A model generated the notes under the pieces. It saw only the letters and a list, made by a program, of their open reading frames with translations. It ran no database searches and was not told the origin of the DNA. Of a DNA stretch of 58,331 nucleotides, positions 1 through 8,759 are shown one piece after another (within the stretch, counting starts at the first letter, position 1; each line of letters starts with the position of its first letter). A program made the position numbers and the translations under genes. The DNA is from Opitutaceae bacterium (lineage in GTDB: Bacteria; Verrucomicrobiota; Verrucomicrobiia; Opitutales; Opitutaceae): the NCBI GenBank assembly GCA_035502155.1, contig DATJUU010000118.1:1-58331 (forward strand), written 5' to 3'.

Positions 1-25
1 AGGCCACCGGCTGAACGTCGACGCC

Positions 26-559
26 ATGAGAATGCCCCTTTTCGCCTGCCCCGTCCTGGCGCTCGGTCTGCTGGCAGTGCCCGCCCGTGCGGACCCCAAC
101 CCGGAAATCGTGCCGCTGGGCCAGGACACCTATGCCCTGACGCGCTGGGCGGAGACTGGATTTACGCGCAACACGGAGAAACTGAAGGCGCAGGCCCTCG
201 AGGATGTCGCCGCCTATTGCGCCAAACTCCACAAGCAGCCGAAGATCATCAGCACCGAGGCGAGCCATCCGGTCGTCCCCCTCACCGGGTTTGCCCACGC
301 CAAGATTGTGTTCAAGGCGCTGGACGCGGACGATCCGGAACTTCGTGCGCCCCTCCCGGCCGCGGGGGCGGAGATGGCGCTTGGGGCGCCGGCCCCGGCG
401 GCGGCGCCGCCGGCAGCCGCGGAAAGCGCGCTGCCCCGAACCGCGACCGACCAGCTCTACAACGACCTGATGAAGCTGGATGACCTGCGCAAACGCGGGA
501 TCCTGACGGACGAGGAGTTTCAGGCGCAGAAGAAGAAGCTGTTGGACAAATCCAACTAG
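26..559 (+). CDS. Secreted protein with C-terminal SHOCT domain
   Basis: ATG at 26. N-terminal signal peptide (MRMPLFACPVLALGLLAVPARA), then an Ala/Pro-rich linker. The C-terminal LMKLDDLRKRGILTDEEFQAQKKKLL matches the SHOCT short-oligomerisation motif. Confidence 0.6.
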   Translation: MRMPLFACPVLALGLLAVPARADPNPEIVPLGQDTYALTRWAETGFTRNTEKLKAQALEDVAAYCAKLHKQPKIISTEASHPVVPLTGFAHAKIVFKALDADDPELRAPLPAAGAEMALGAPAPAAAPPAAAESALPRTATDQLYNDLMKLDDLRKRGILTDEEFQAQKKKLLDKSN

Positions 560-764
560 GTTTGCACCTGCAAGGCCCCTTGAGCCGAGATGGGGCCCGG
601 TGCCTTGGCGCGCCATACGAATAAGCCGGGGCGCGGTGGGTGAGCCCCCAGGCGTGGACTCGCCTGGCGCCACAGGCGCGCCGGAGCTCCCTGACTCACA
701 AGGTGGGCGACCCGCCGGCGGCGGGCGGCGTATTGCCATCTCCAGCCTCGAAAAGCATCCTGGC

Positions 765-2939
765 ATGCTCATCTTCAATCGCATGACCCGAGGCAGGCTC
801 TATGGAATCGTTTTCGCCCTCGTCGCGATTCCGTTCGCCGCGCGCTTCCAGATCTTCCTCGGGATGCGGCAGCAGATCCCGCTCGCGCTGTTTGCCCACA
901 TCCAGCGCGGCGGAATCGCAGGACCGGGCCAGCCGACGCTGGAGTCAAATATGGGCTTCACGGCGCAGGCGCTCGGCACGCGCGCCGCCCACGACTGGTT
1001 CCAGGGACGGGTGCCGCTCTGGAACTACTTCGAGGGCACCGGCGTCCCGCTGGGCGGCGAGATGCAGGGCGCCGCGCTGTTCCTGCCGTTCATCCTGCTC
1101 CTCAAATCGCCGGACGGGCAGATCTACTTCCATATCGCGCTGCAGATTCTGGCCGGGCTCTGCACGTTCTTCTACCTGCGCCGGATCCGCCTGGGCCCGG
1201 CAGCGTCCTTCTGCGGCGCGGTGTTCTTCGAACTCAACGGCACCTACGCCTGGATGGCCAATGCGGCCTATAATCCGGTCGCCTTCCTCCCCATGGCCTT
1301 GCTTGGCGCGGAGCTGGCGATCGCCGCCGCCGAACGGGGGGTCCGGGGCGGCTGGCTGGTCCTCTGCGCAGGCGCCGTCTGGTCCGTCTATGCAGGATTC
1401 CCTGAAGTGGCGTTGGTCGACAATCTCCTCGTTGCCATCTACCTCCTGGTCCGGGCGTCCCAGCTGACGCGGGCCGCCCGGTGGCGTCTGTTGGGCAAAC
1501 TGGGGCTCGGCTTGGCGGTCACCGTCCTGCTCATCGCTCCGCTGATCGGCCAGTTCGCCGATTTTCTGTCCTTTTCCTACCGTGAGGGCCGCGCCAATGC
1601 CGGCCTTGCGTCCGTTGATCCACGCATCGGCCTGGGCGCCCTGATTGTGCCCTACCTCTACGGACCGCTCATGGCTCTGGAGTCCTCCTACTGGGGCAAG
1701 GCGGCGGGATATCTCGGGTTCGCGTTGGTCGTGTTGGCGATCGCCGGCGTCCGCTGGCAATGGCGCCACCGGATCGTGCAATGCTTCGGCCTCTGGGCCG
1801 TGGTCTGTCTGCTCAAGATCTGCGGCGAGCCGCTGACCTCCGCCCTCCTGCTCAGGCTTCCCGTCCTGCGACTCATCGTGCTCGTTCGCTGGCTCATGCC
1901 GTCGTTGGAGTTTTCGTTCGTGGTGCTGGCCGCGACCGCGCTCCACGAGCTCTTCGTCCGGCCCCGGGCCTCCCTCTGGGCGCCGGCCCTCCTGGCGGTG
2001 GCGCTCGTGTGCGCCGCGCTGATTTTGGCGCGGAGCCAGGGCATCTTCGCCGCCCGGGGATACTTCCATTTCACCTACGCCGCCACCAACCTCCTGTTTG
2101 TCGCGCTCTTTGCGCTCGTGTGCGGCGTGGCGGCGCAGTTGGGGAGGCGCGCCGCGTGGGTGGTCTCGTCCCTCGGGCTGCTCGAAGCCTTCGTCCTGTT
2201 CAATGTCCCGCTGCTCGCGGCGCCGCGCCACTGCATCCTCGATCTCCAGGGCGTGGCCTTCCTGCGCGATCACCTCGGCCTCCAGCGCTTCTACACCCTC
2301 GGGCCGATCCTGCCCAACTATGGCTCGGCGTTTGATGCCGCGGAACTGAATTACGACGACATGCCGGTGAACAATAATCTGGTCCGGTATTTCCAGAACC
2401 ACCTCGATCCGTTCATGAACCCCACCAACACGAAGCCGAACTGGCAGCGCGGTTCACATCCGTCGAACAACGAGGTCTTCCGGCGGAACTTCGCCGCCTT
2501 CGGCGCGACGGGGGTCAAATATGTCGTGACCGAGCCGTTTGAGAACCTCGCCGGCCTGATGCAGCTGGTCTATCGCAGCCCGGTGATGGCCATCTACGAA
2601 CTGCCGGGCTACACCCCGTATTTCAGCGGCCGGGACTGCGACATCGACCCGATTTCCCGGGACCAGGTCGATGTTCGCTGCGATCGTCCCACCACGATCG
2701 TACGCTTGGAATCGTTCACTCCCAACTGGAAAGCCACCGTCAACGGCACGCCGGTTCCGGTGACGATGCATGACGAATTGTTCCAGTCCGTGGAGGTCCC
2801 CGCGGGTGCATCGACGGTGCAATTCACCTACGAATGTCCGTATGGTCGCCAGACCGTGCCCATGTTCTGGCTCGGGATTTTGGGGATCGTGGTCGCGGCG
2901 GCGGGCGAGTTATGGGCGCGACGCAAGGCGGCGGCGTAA
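765..2939 (+). CDS. Large polytopic integral membrane protein (YfhO/ArnT-like architecture)
   Basis: The track ORF 600..2939 starts at GTG. The first ATG at 765 (MLIFNRMTRGRLYGIVFALVAIPF) immediately precedes the first hydrophobic segment. There are more than 10 hydrophobic helices, a soluble C-terminal part and one final TM (MFWLGILGIVVAAAGELWARRK). The family assignment is tentative. Confidence 0.5.
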   Translation: MLIFNRMTRGRLYGIVFALVAIPFAARFQIFLGMRQQIPLALFAHIQRGGIAGPGQPTLESNMGFTAQALGTRAAHDWFQGRVPLWNYFEGTGVPLGGEMQGAALFLPFILLLKSPDGQIYFHIALQILAGLCTFFYLRRIRLGPAASFCGAVFFELNGTYAWMANAAYNPVAFLPMALLGAELAIAAAERGVRGGWLVLCAGAVWSVYAGFPEVALVDNLLVAIYLLVRASQLTRAARWRLLGKLGLGLAVTVLLIAPLIGQFADFLSFSYREGRANAGLASVDPRIGLGALIVPYLYGPLMALESSYWGKAAGYLGFALVVLAIAGVRWQWRHRIVQCFGLWAVVCLLKICGEPLTSALLLRLPVLRLIVLVRWLMPSLEFSFVVLAATALHELFVRPRASLWAPALLAVALVCAALILARSQGIFAARGYFHFTYAATNLLFVALFALVCGVAAQLGRRAAWVVSSLGLLEAFVLFNVPLLAAPRHCILDLQGVAFLRDHLGLQRFYTLGPILPNYGSAFDAAELNYDDMPVNNNLVRYFQNHLDPFMNPTNTKPNWQRGSHPSNNEVFRRNFAAFGATGVKYVVTEPFENLAGLMQLVYRSPVMAIYELPGYTPYFSGRDCDIDPISRDQVDVRCDRPTTIVRLESFTPNWKATVNGTPVPVTMHDELFQSVEVPAGASTVQFTYECPYGRQTVPMFWLGILGIVVAAAGELWARRKAAA

Positions 2940-2989
2940 GGGCGCCGGCCCGGCGGGGCTGCGGGTGACGCGGCCGGCCCAGCCGCCGG

Positions 2990-3931
2990 CTACGGCGCGG
3001 GCGGTGGATTCTCCGCCACGTATTTCGCGGCGGCCGCCGGCACCGCCACGCCCTTGGTGGAGAGCAGCGTGAGGAACGGGCTGTGGGGAAATGCCTTTAA
3101 TCCGGCAACGATGGTGGCGGCGACGAAATCGGCGCCGGGACCATAGGTGTGGTTGTGATCGCTGTAGAAGGCGTTGACCGCCTCGCGACCCATGGCCTCG
3201 TACCTGTCGGCGCACAGGTTGGTCAGATCGAGCACCGGCAGGTGCAGCCGCACGCCCAGTTCCCTGGTCCACGCGGTGTACCGGCCTTCGCCGGTGCCGC
3301 GCTCGATCCGATCCTCTTTCGGATCGTAGTCCGGCGGCAGCGGCCCGACGGGAGTGGCGTCGTGGAACTGCACCCTCGGGTTCGTCCAGATGTTGCGCGT
3401 CGTCACGGTCAGCAGGTAGACCTGCGCGCCCTGGTCCCGGGCCGCCGTGGCCATCGCGGCCATGTACCAGCCGTAGGTGTGGACGGTTTCCGCCGAGCCC
3501 TCCGCCCGCGCCACGCCGACGGTCTCGTCGCCGAGCCCCGGGAGGGAGCCGCGTGAGCGGGCCATGGTCGGCGGGCTGCCGTCGTTGATCCCGAACACGA
3601 GCAGGACGAAGTCGCCGGCCCGGATCAGCGGCCGGACGCGCGGCCAGTCGTTGGGCAGGGTGTAATAGGTGCGGCTGGACTGGCCGGCATGGGCGACGTT
3701 CTCGACCGCCACCCTGGCCGGATCGAAGTAGTCGGCGAGCGGAGTGCCCCACCCCTCCACCGGCTGGCCGTTGTGGCCACGACCGGAATTGCGGGCGGTG
3801 GAATCTCCCAGCACCCAGATCGTCGGCCGGGCCGCCGGCAGATCCGCGGCCGCGAGGCACGCGACTGCGAACAGCCAGACCCCGGCGACACAGAAACTGG
3901 TGCGCGCAAAATGAGAACCGGGAAAATGCAT
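2990..3931 (-). CDS. SGNH/GDSL hydrolase, rhamnogalacturonan acetylesterase-like (CE12)
   Basis: ATG at 3931 and a signal peptide. SGNH blocks are present: WVLGDSTARN (block I Ser), GWG, VFGINDG (block III) and DHNHTYGPGA (block V Asp/His). Confidence 0.75.
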   Translation of the reverse strand: MHFPGSHFARTSFCVAGVWLFAVACLAAADLPAARPTIWVLGDSTARNSGRGHNGQPVEGWGTPLADYFDPARVAVENVAHAGQSSRTYYTLPNDWPRVRPLIRAGDFVLLVFGINDGSPPTMARSRGSLPGLGDETVGVARAEGSAETVHTYGWYMAAMATAARDQGAQVYLLTVTTRNIWTNPRVQFHDATPVGPLPPDYDPKEDRIERGTGEGRYTAWTRELGVRLHLPVLDLTNLCADRYEAMGREAVNAFYSDHNHTYGPGADFVAATIVAGLKAFPHSPFLTLLSTKGVAVPAAAAKYVAENPPPAP

Positions 3932-4017
3932 CGACCGAGGGGACCAACGCGGGGGGCCGCGGCCGCACGATCGGCCGGGTTGGCGCTCGCGTCAAATCCG
4001 GGGCCGTCGCGCCGGGC

Positions 4018-4509
4018 TCACGACTCCGCGGCGCTCAGCGCCAGGCGCACCGGCCGCGCGACCCGCTCCCAGTCCGCCGCGGCCATGATGATCGAATCGG
4101 TGAGGCTGCCGGCGTTGAAGGCCACGTGCGGGTAGACGGTGCCGATGGCGGCATCCCCGAGCAGCTCGAAGGGCAGGATCGGCTCGCCGAAGGGCGGCAC
4201 GGAACCCGGCACGAGGCCGGTGAGCGCAAGGAGTTCCTCCGGTGAGGCGAACCGCAGGCGGCCGAGGCCGAGCAGGCGTTTCACCCGCGCCGAGTCGAGC
4301 TTGCGGTCGGCCGGCAGCACAAACAGCCGGAACCGGTCGTCGGTTTTCAGCAGCAGCGCCTTGGCCCCGCATCCGATCGGCTCGTCGCGGGCGCGGGCCG
4401 CGTCTGCCGAGGTCGGCGTGGGCGCATGATGGAGCTGGCGGAAGCCCACGCCGGCGGCGACCAGATGCTGCACGAGCCGCGCGTGCACCGGACTGGTTTC
4501 CTCGGCCAT
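4018..4509 (-). CDS. YbaK/EbsC-type aminoacyl-tRNA deacylase domain protein
   Basis: ATG at 4509, 163 aa. GAKALLLKTDDRFRLFVLPADRKLD...VPPFG is typical of YbaK/ProRS-associated editing domains. Confidence 0.65.
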   Translation of the reverse strand: MAEETSPVHARLVQHLVAAGVGFRQLHHAPTPTSADAARARDEPIGCGAKALLLKTDDRFRLFVLPADRKLDSARVKRLLGLGRLRFASPEELLALTGLVPGSVPPFGEPILPFELLGDAAIGTVYPHVAFNAGSLTDSIIMAAADWERVARPVRLALSAAES

Positions 4510-4587
4510 GGAGGGCAGTGTGCCCGGTCGCGGCGCCCAGGCGATCCTGAACGCGCCCGGCGCGCCGAAACGGCCGGCAGCGCGACG

Positions 4588-4622
4588 ATAAAAAAATCCG
4601 CCCCCGAAGGTCGGGGGCGGAT
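4588..4622 (-). terminator. Rho-independent terminator after TonB-dependent receptor 1
   Basis: Perfect 12-bp stem ATCCGCCCCCGA / TCGGGGGCGGAT (4596-4607 / 4611-4622) with a 3-nt loop. On the minus strand it is followed by a T-run (the A-run at 4590-4596 on the plus strand). It lies 32 nt past the stop at 4654. Confidence 0.8.
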
Positions 4623-4653
4623 GAATTCGTTCAGTTGTTGCGGATCTGCCGGC

Positions 4654-7600
4654 CTAGAACATGAACCTGCTGGAGAGCTCGAACGTCTGGCCCATCTCGA
4701 TGCGCTGGTGCGCCGGGGTGCCGTCGGGCTCGACGCTGACGGGAACCAGGTGCGGCTTCTCACCGACGTTATGCACATTGAGCTGCAATCTCCAATCCAG
4801 CTTGGAACTCAGCTTCGTCTGATAACCGATCCACGCATCGACGTGCTCATCGATCTTTCCATAGAGCGGCTTGGTGACATCCGTGTACCAGAGGTCGTTG
4901 CCGAGCGCATCTTGGGTCTTGGAGGGCGCGTAACCGAGGATTGGCTTCGACGCCCAGCGAACGCCGCCACCCACGTTGAAGCCCTTCAAGGCACTGCTCT
5001 TGAAGCTGTAGTTCGTGATCGCCTTGAAGTTCCACACTGACAATTCCGGCTGCTGGCAGCCCTTCTGGGCACTCTGCAGCAGGTAGCCGGACCAGATGTT
5101 TTGCAGGAAAGTATTATCCATCGAACCCGACTTGCTCCAGGCGCCGCCCCAGAAACCCCAGAGCGGCAGGTCACCGGCCGGACCGCTAAAGAAGGCATTC
5201 TCAGCCTGAATGAAGGCGACTGTCGACGCGCCCAAGGCGGTCTGAACCGTGTTCACCTTGGAGGCATTGAACGTGAGGTCCCAGTTGCTGACCGGCCGCA
5301 CCGTGGCTTCGATTTCATAGCCCTTCGACTGGAGATCCTCGCTGATGATCGGGAACGATCCGTTGATCTTCCCGCTGCCCGTGTTGGCAATGTTCCACGG
5401 GAAGGTGATCGGGCTGGCGTTGGGCTGGTTGTACACATTGACCCAGTTGCCCGTCGTGATCGCGTTCACGTTGACGCCGAGGCCGTAGGCATCGAAGAAC
5501 GACTGCGGAAAGTATTTGGCGAAGTTGGCCTTCCAGTCGGCAACGGCAGCCACGATTATATTGTGCGTGGCTGTCTCGCTCCCGTAATTCGGGTAATTCG
5601 TGAAACCCCAGTCGTTGGGGGCGGCGGGGTACACGGCCAACTGCTGTCCAAACGCGGCCGCGTCGGCCGCGCCCCAAGCCGGCAGGAGGTACAGGTAGTA
5701 GCCATTGTTGCCGAGGGGATCTGCCGCACCCGAAGTCGCCGGAGCGTTCTTATCGATGGTCTTGAAGACCGTCAGCCGGACCGTGGCATGGCCGTTGAGG
5801 GTATCCACCTGGATGCCATAATCGTCGGTCTTGCCGGTTTCGGCGGGGAGCAGGCCGTCATCGAAATCATAGCGCACCTTTGGCGACTCATTATTGCCAT
5901 GGAAGTAGTAGGCACTCACGTCGGTGCCGAGCGGCAGAGTGCCGCGGATGGACTTCGGCAGGTGCAGGGTCAGGCCGTAGCTGTTTGAATTCGTGCGGAT
6001 CGTGGTGACCGGACCTGTGATCCCGTAGTTCATGCTCGCGACGTGGGTGTTGGGATCCAACGGGGCGTTGGAGGAACTTTGCTTGATCGTGTCCTGTCTC
6101 CAGCCGTACTCGGGGATGATCATATCGTCCCACAGGTGGCCCTGGTACATGAATGCCGCCGATTGCAGCACTTGCAGGGTCTGGTTGCCCGAAAAATACA
6201 GGTCATTGATGTCATCGTGCCAATTGAGCACGTTGACCGGCATGGTCGTCCAGCCGCGATAGTTGGCGAGATTGTTGGCCTGCGTGCTGGCACCATTTGC
6301 CGGATCCGTCCACGGGTCACCCGGATTCACGCCGGCGGGGGGGTTCCACGTGGCGTTGAAGTTCAGGATTGAGCCGCTCTGCGGCTGGAGGTAGTTGGCG
6401 ACATTGCTCAGGTTCAGCCCGGCGGGCGAAGTCGCGTTGACCATGCTGGGTCCGAGGTAAGACACCCAATCAACTCCGCGGTTGGCCGAAATGAGGCCCA
6501 GCGGATCGCCCATCGCGTTCGCAAAGGCCACATCCGTCGCATTTCCAGCCCAAGTCCGGTTCTCGATCCGGGTCCGATAATCGCCCACCAGCGCGGTGAT
6601 CGAGTGGTGGCCGAGAAACGACGCCAACGGGCTCTTGGGCGCGTAATCTTCGACCCGCAAATCCCAGTTGGCGGTGATCTGGTAGTTGTCGTGGATGTAA
6701 TGGGCGCTGTTGTCTCCGGAGCCGAAGTCACCCGCGACGAGGGGCCGTCCCTCATTCGGATTCTTTACAGCCAAGCCGGGAAACGAGTTCGGGGGATACA
6801 TGATGCTGTAGGCATCGAGATCGACGGTGATGAAGGGCTCGGTGTATCCCCACATCGACACCTGGCCCTGATCGAATTCCTGGTGGTCGACGATTCCCTG
6901 AAGCGAGACCCGGCCATTGAGGAGGCTCTCCTCGGCCGTGACGTTGAACGACTTCCAGTTCTGCCACTCCTGCTTGTTCGGGCCGTCAATCAGTTTGTTA
7001 TAGAAGTCGAAGATCGACGGATCCGTCAGCGACTTGTTGTTGTAGTAGATCGACCCGGCAAAGGCACCGACGTACTTACTGGGATCCCGGTTGTTGACGG
7101 TGATGGCGTAATTGGTGAAGCCCGAAATATACATCGGGGCCGCCTGGGGAAGGCTACCGACAGTACCGCCGGCCACGCTCTGAACACTGTTCAAGGTCGT
7201 CATGGACTGCAGCAAGGCCCCGGTCCTTCCATCGTACACAAACGCGGCATTGGGGCCGGGCCAAAGATAGTGATAATCCTGAGCGTTGACCCACGGCGAC
7301 AGGCCCGAGAAGGTACCGACGCCGCCGAGCTGCGAACCCGTGGGGTAGGAGAAGGGATCGTACCCCTTCTTGTTCACCACTCCGTCAAAGTAGCCCGAGA
7401 TGAAGTCCATCGGAGGCAACTCGCGGGGGTTGTTGGACCGCACCCGTCCGACCTCGGCATTGGCCTCGATCTTCATGTGACTGGCGGCCGTGTCCAAAGT
7501 CTTCGGATCGTAGCGCAGGGCCAGATAGGCGCGTTGCGAATGATTGAATGCCGGCTTCTGCTGGTACTGGGTGTCGTCATTCAGCACGTCGAGCCGCACC

Positions 7601-8328
7601 GCGAGTTGCTCGGGGATGAGCACCCGGTTATAATCCAAGGACTCCCGGGTGGTGCCGAAGCTGCCGAGCTTGGTCTCGATCGATCCCGTATCCTTGAAGA
7701 CCGCCTCGTTGGTGGAATAGTTCGAGATACCCGACGGGCTGCCGACCCCATAAAGGAATGAGTTCGGGCCGCGGGAGATGTCGACCCGGAAGATGTTGAA
7801 GGAATCCCACGGGATCTCGCTCCCGAAATAGTTCCGCGTGTTGTCCATGGGGCTGAGTCCGCGGGCCCGGTTGGTCCCGGTCGGATTCTGGAGCCGTCCG
7901 GCCTCGGCATTGCTGTTGACGCCGTTGCCCCGGAAGGCGACCCCCGAGTAGTTGCCGTACAGACCCGCGACCTCGTTGTTGGTCGTGTAGATAAAGAGGT
8001 CCTGCGCATTGGTGATGCCCACGTCGTCCATCAGCGATTTCGTAATGACTGACAAGGCGGACGGAGTGTCGACCAACTTGGTCGCCACGCGCGCGCCGCC
8101 GAGCGTATCCACCGCCCGGTAGCCCTCGGTCTCCGTCGTCACGGTGAAGGGATCCATCTTCACCACCTGCTCCTCTTCGGCGGCGGCCGGCGCTGCGGGC
8201 GGCGGGTTTGCCGCCGTCTGGCAGAGCGCCCGCGGCGTAATCACCAAAGCAAAAAGGGCAACGGCATACGACATGCCCGCCCGTGCAATACGGATGGTCT
8301 GGGCCTTGGGCCCGTTGTCACTGTTCAT
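4654..8328 (-). CDS. TonB-dependent outer-membrane receptor, paralog 1 (~1224 aa)
   Basis: Plug-domain motif DTLGGARVATKLVDTPSALSVITKSLMDDVGITNAQDLFIYTTNNEVAG. Long beta-barrel rich in N/Y/G/T. C-terminal aromatic residue (...FELSSRFMF). Start re-set to the ATG at 8328 (MNSDNGPKAQ...signal peptide...ALCQTA), which aligns with the paralog start MNTKHDPQER. Confidence 0.85.
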   Translation of the reverse strand: MNSDNGPKAQTIRIARAGMSYAVALFALVITPRALCQTAANPPPAAPAAAEEEQVVKMDPFTVTTETEGYRAVDTLGGARVATKLVDTPSALSVITKSLMDDVGITNAQDLFIYTTNNEVAGLYGNYSGVAFRGNGVNSNAEAGRLQNPTGTNRARGLSPMDNTRNYFGSEIPWDSFNIFRVDISRGPNSFLYGVGSPSGISNYSTNEAVFKDTGSIETKLGSFGTTRESLDYNRVLIPEQLAVRLDVLNDDTQYQQKPAFNHSQRAYLALRYDPKTLDTAASHMKIEANAEVGRVRSNNPRELPPMDFISGYFDGVVNKKGYDPFSYPTGSQLGGVGTFSGLSPWVNAQDYHYLWPGPNAAFVYDGRTGALLQSMTTLNSVQSVAGGTVGSLPQAAPMYISGFTNYAITVNNRDPSKYVGAFAGSIYYNNKSLTDPSIFDFYNKLIDGPNKQEWQNWKSFNVTAEESLLNGRVSLQGIVDHQEFDQGQVSMWGYTEPFITVDLDAYSIMYPPNSFPGLAVKNPNEGRPLVAGDFGSGDNSAHYIHDNYQITANWDLRVEDYAPKSPLASFLGHHSITALVGDYRTRIENRTWAGNATDVAFANAMGDPLGLISANRGVDWVSYLGPSMVNATSPAGLNLSNVANYLQPQSGSILNFNATWNPPAGVNPGDPWTDPANGASTQANNLANYRGWTTMPVNVLNWHDDINDLYFSGNQTLQVLQSAAFMYQGHLWDDMIIPEYGWRQDTIKQSSSNAPLDPNTHVASMNYGITGPVTTIRTNSNSYGLTLHLPKSIRGTLPLGTDVSAYYFHGNNESPKVRYDFDDGLLPAETGKTDDYGIQVDTLNGHATVRLTVFKTIDKNAPATSGAADPLGNNGYYLYLLPAWGAADAAAFGQQLAVYPAAPNDWGFTNYPNYGSETATHNIIVAAVADWKANFAKYFPQSFFDAYGLGVNVNAITTGNWVNVYNQPNASPITFPWNIANTGSGKINGSFPIISEDLQSKGYEIEATVRPVSNWDLTFNASKVNTVQTALGASTVAFIQAENAFFSGPAGDLPLWGFWGGAWSKSGSMDNTFLQNIWSGYLLQSAQKGCQQPELSVWNFKAITNYSFKSSALKGFNVGGGVRWASKPILGYAPSKTQDALGNDLWYTDVTKPLYGKIDEHVDAWIGYQTKLSSKLDWRLQLNVHNVGEKPHLVPVSVEPDGTPAHQRIEMGQTFELSSRFMF

Positions 8329-8513
8329 ACGTGTTAGTTGGAGTCTGGGTTGCGTGGCACCGCCCAAGAACGCCAAAACGCCCACGAGGGGTACCACAGA
8401 GGGGTACGAGAGGGCTGGAGGCACTCTCGTCATGAACTGGACTGCGCCCATTCGAGCGCTATCGGGAGGCCCCTTTCAATTCCCGGATGGGGTCTCCGCC
8501 GCTTTTTTCACGC

Positions 8514-8529
8514 ATTTAATGCATTAAAT
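8514..8529. promoter_or_regulatory. Perfect 16-bp palindrome ATTTAATGCATTAAAT (putative operator), copy 1
   Basis: Read directly from the sequence. It is embedded in a block of about 55 bp (TTCAATTCC.GGAT...CTTTTTTCAC..ATTTAATGCATTAAATGAA) that recurs at 12701-12749. It lies 186 nt upstream of the receptor-1 start. Confidence 0.6.
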
Positions 8530-8662
8530 GAACAGGACCGATTTAGCGTGAAACGTCGGCTCCGGGAGGGGTCCCCGCGCCCTGCCGCGCCGCAAGCGTG
8601 CTCCGGGGGCGCCCACCCGGCCGATCCGCCGGCGTCAGGCGGTCGCCGGGGTCATCGGTGCG

Positions 8663-8691
8663 AAAACAAAATCCGCCCCCGAAGGCCGCGG
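8663..8691 (-). terminator. Probable (degenerate) terminator after TonB-dependent receptor 2
   Basis: AAAACAAAATCCGCCCCCGAAGGCCGCGG is homologous to the 4588-4622 terminator, but the right arm is degraded. Only an interrupted CCGCCC/GG..GCGG stem remains, followed on the minus strand by ATTTTGTTTT. Confidence 0.4.
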
Positions 8692-8759
8692 TTCCTCTGG
8701 CGAACCTGGCCCACGGGGGCGGACGGTCGAATTTGACAGGCCGGGGCGGGACGCCGCGC

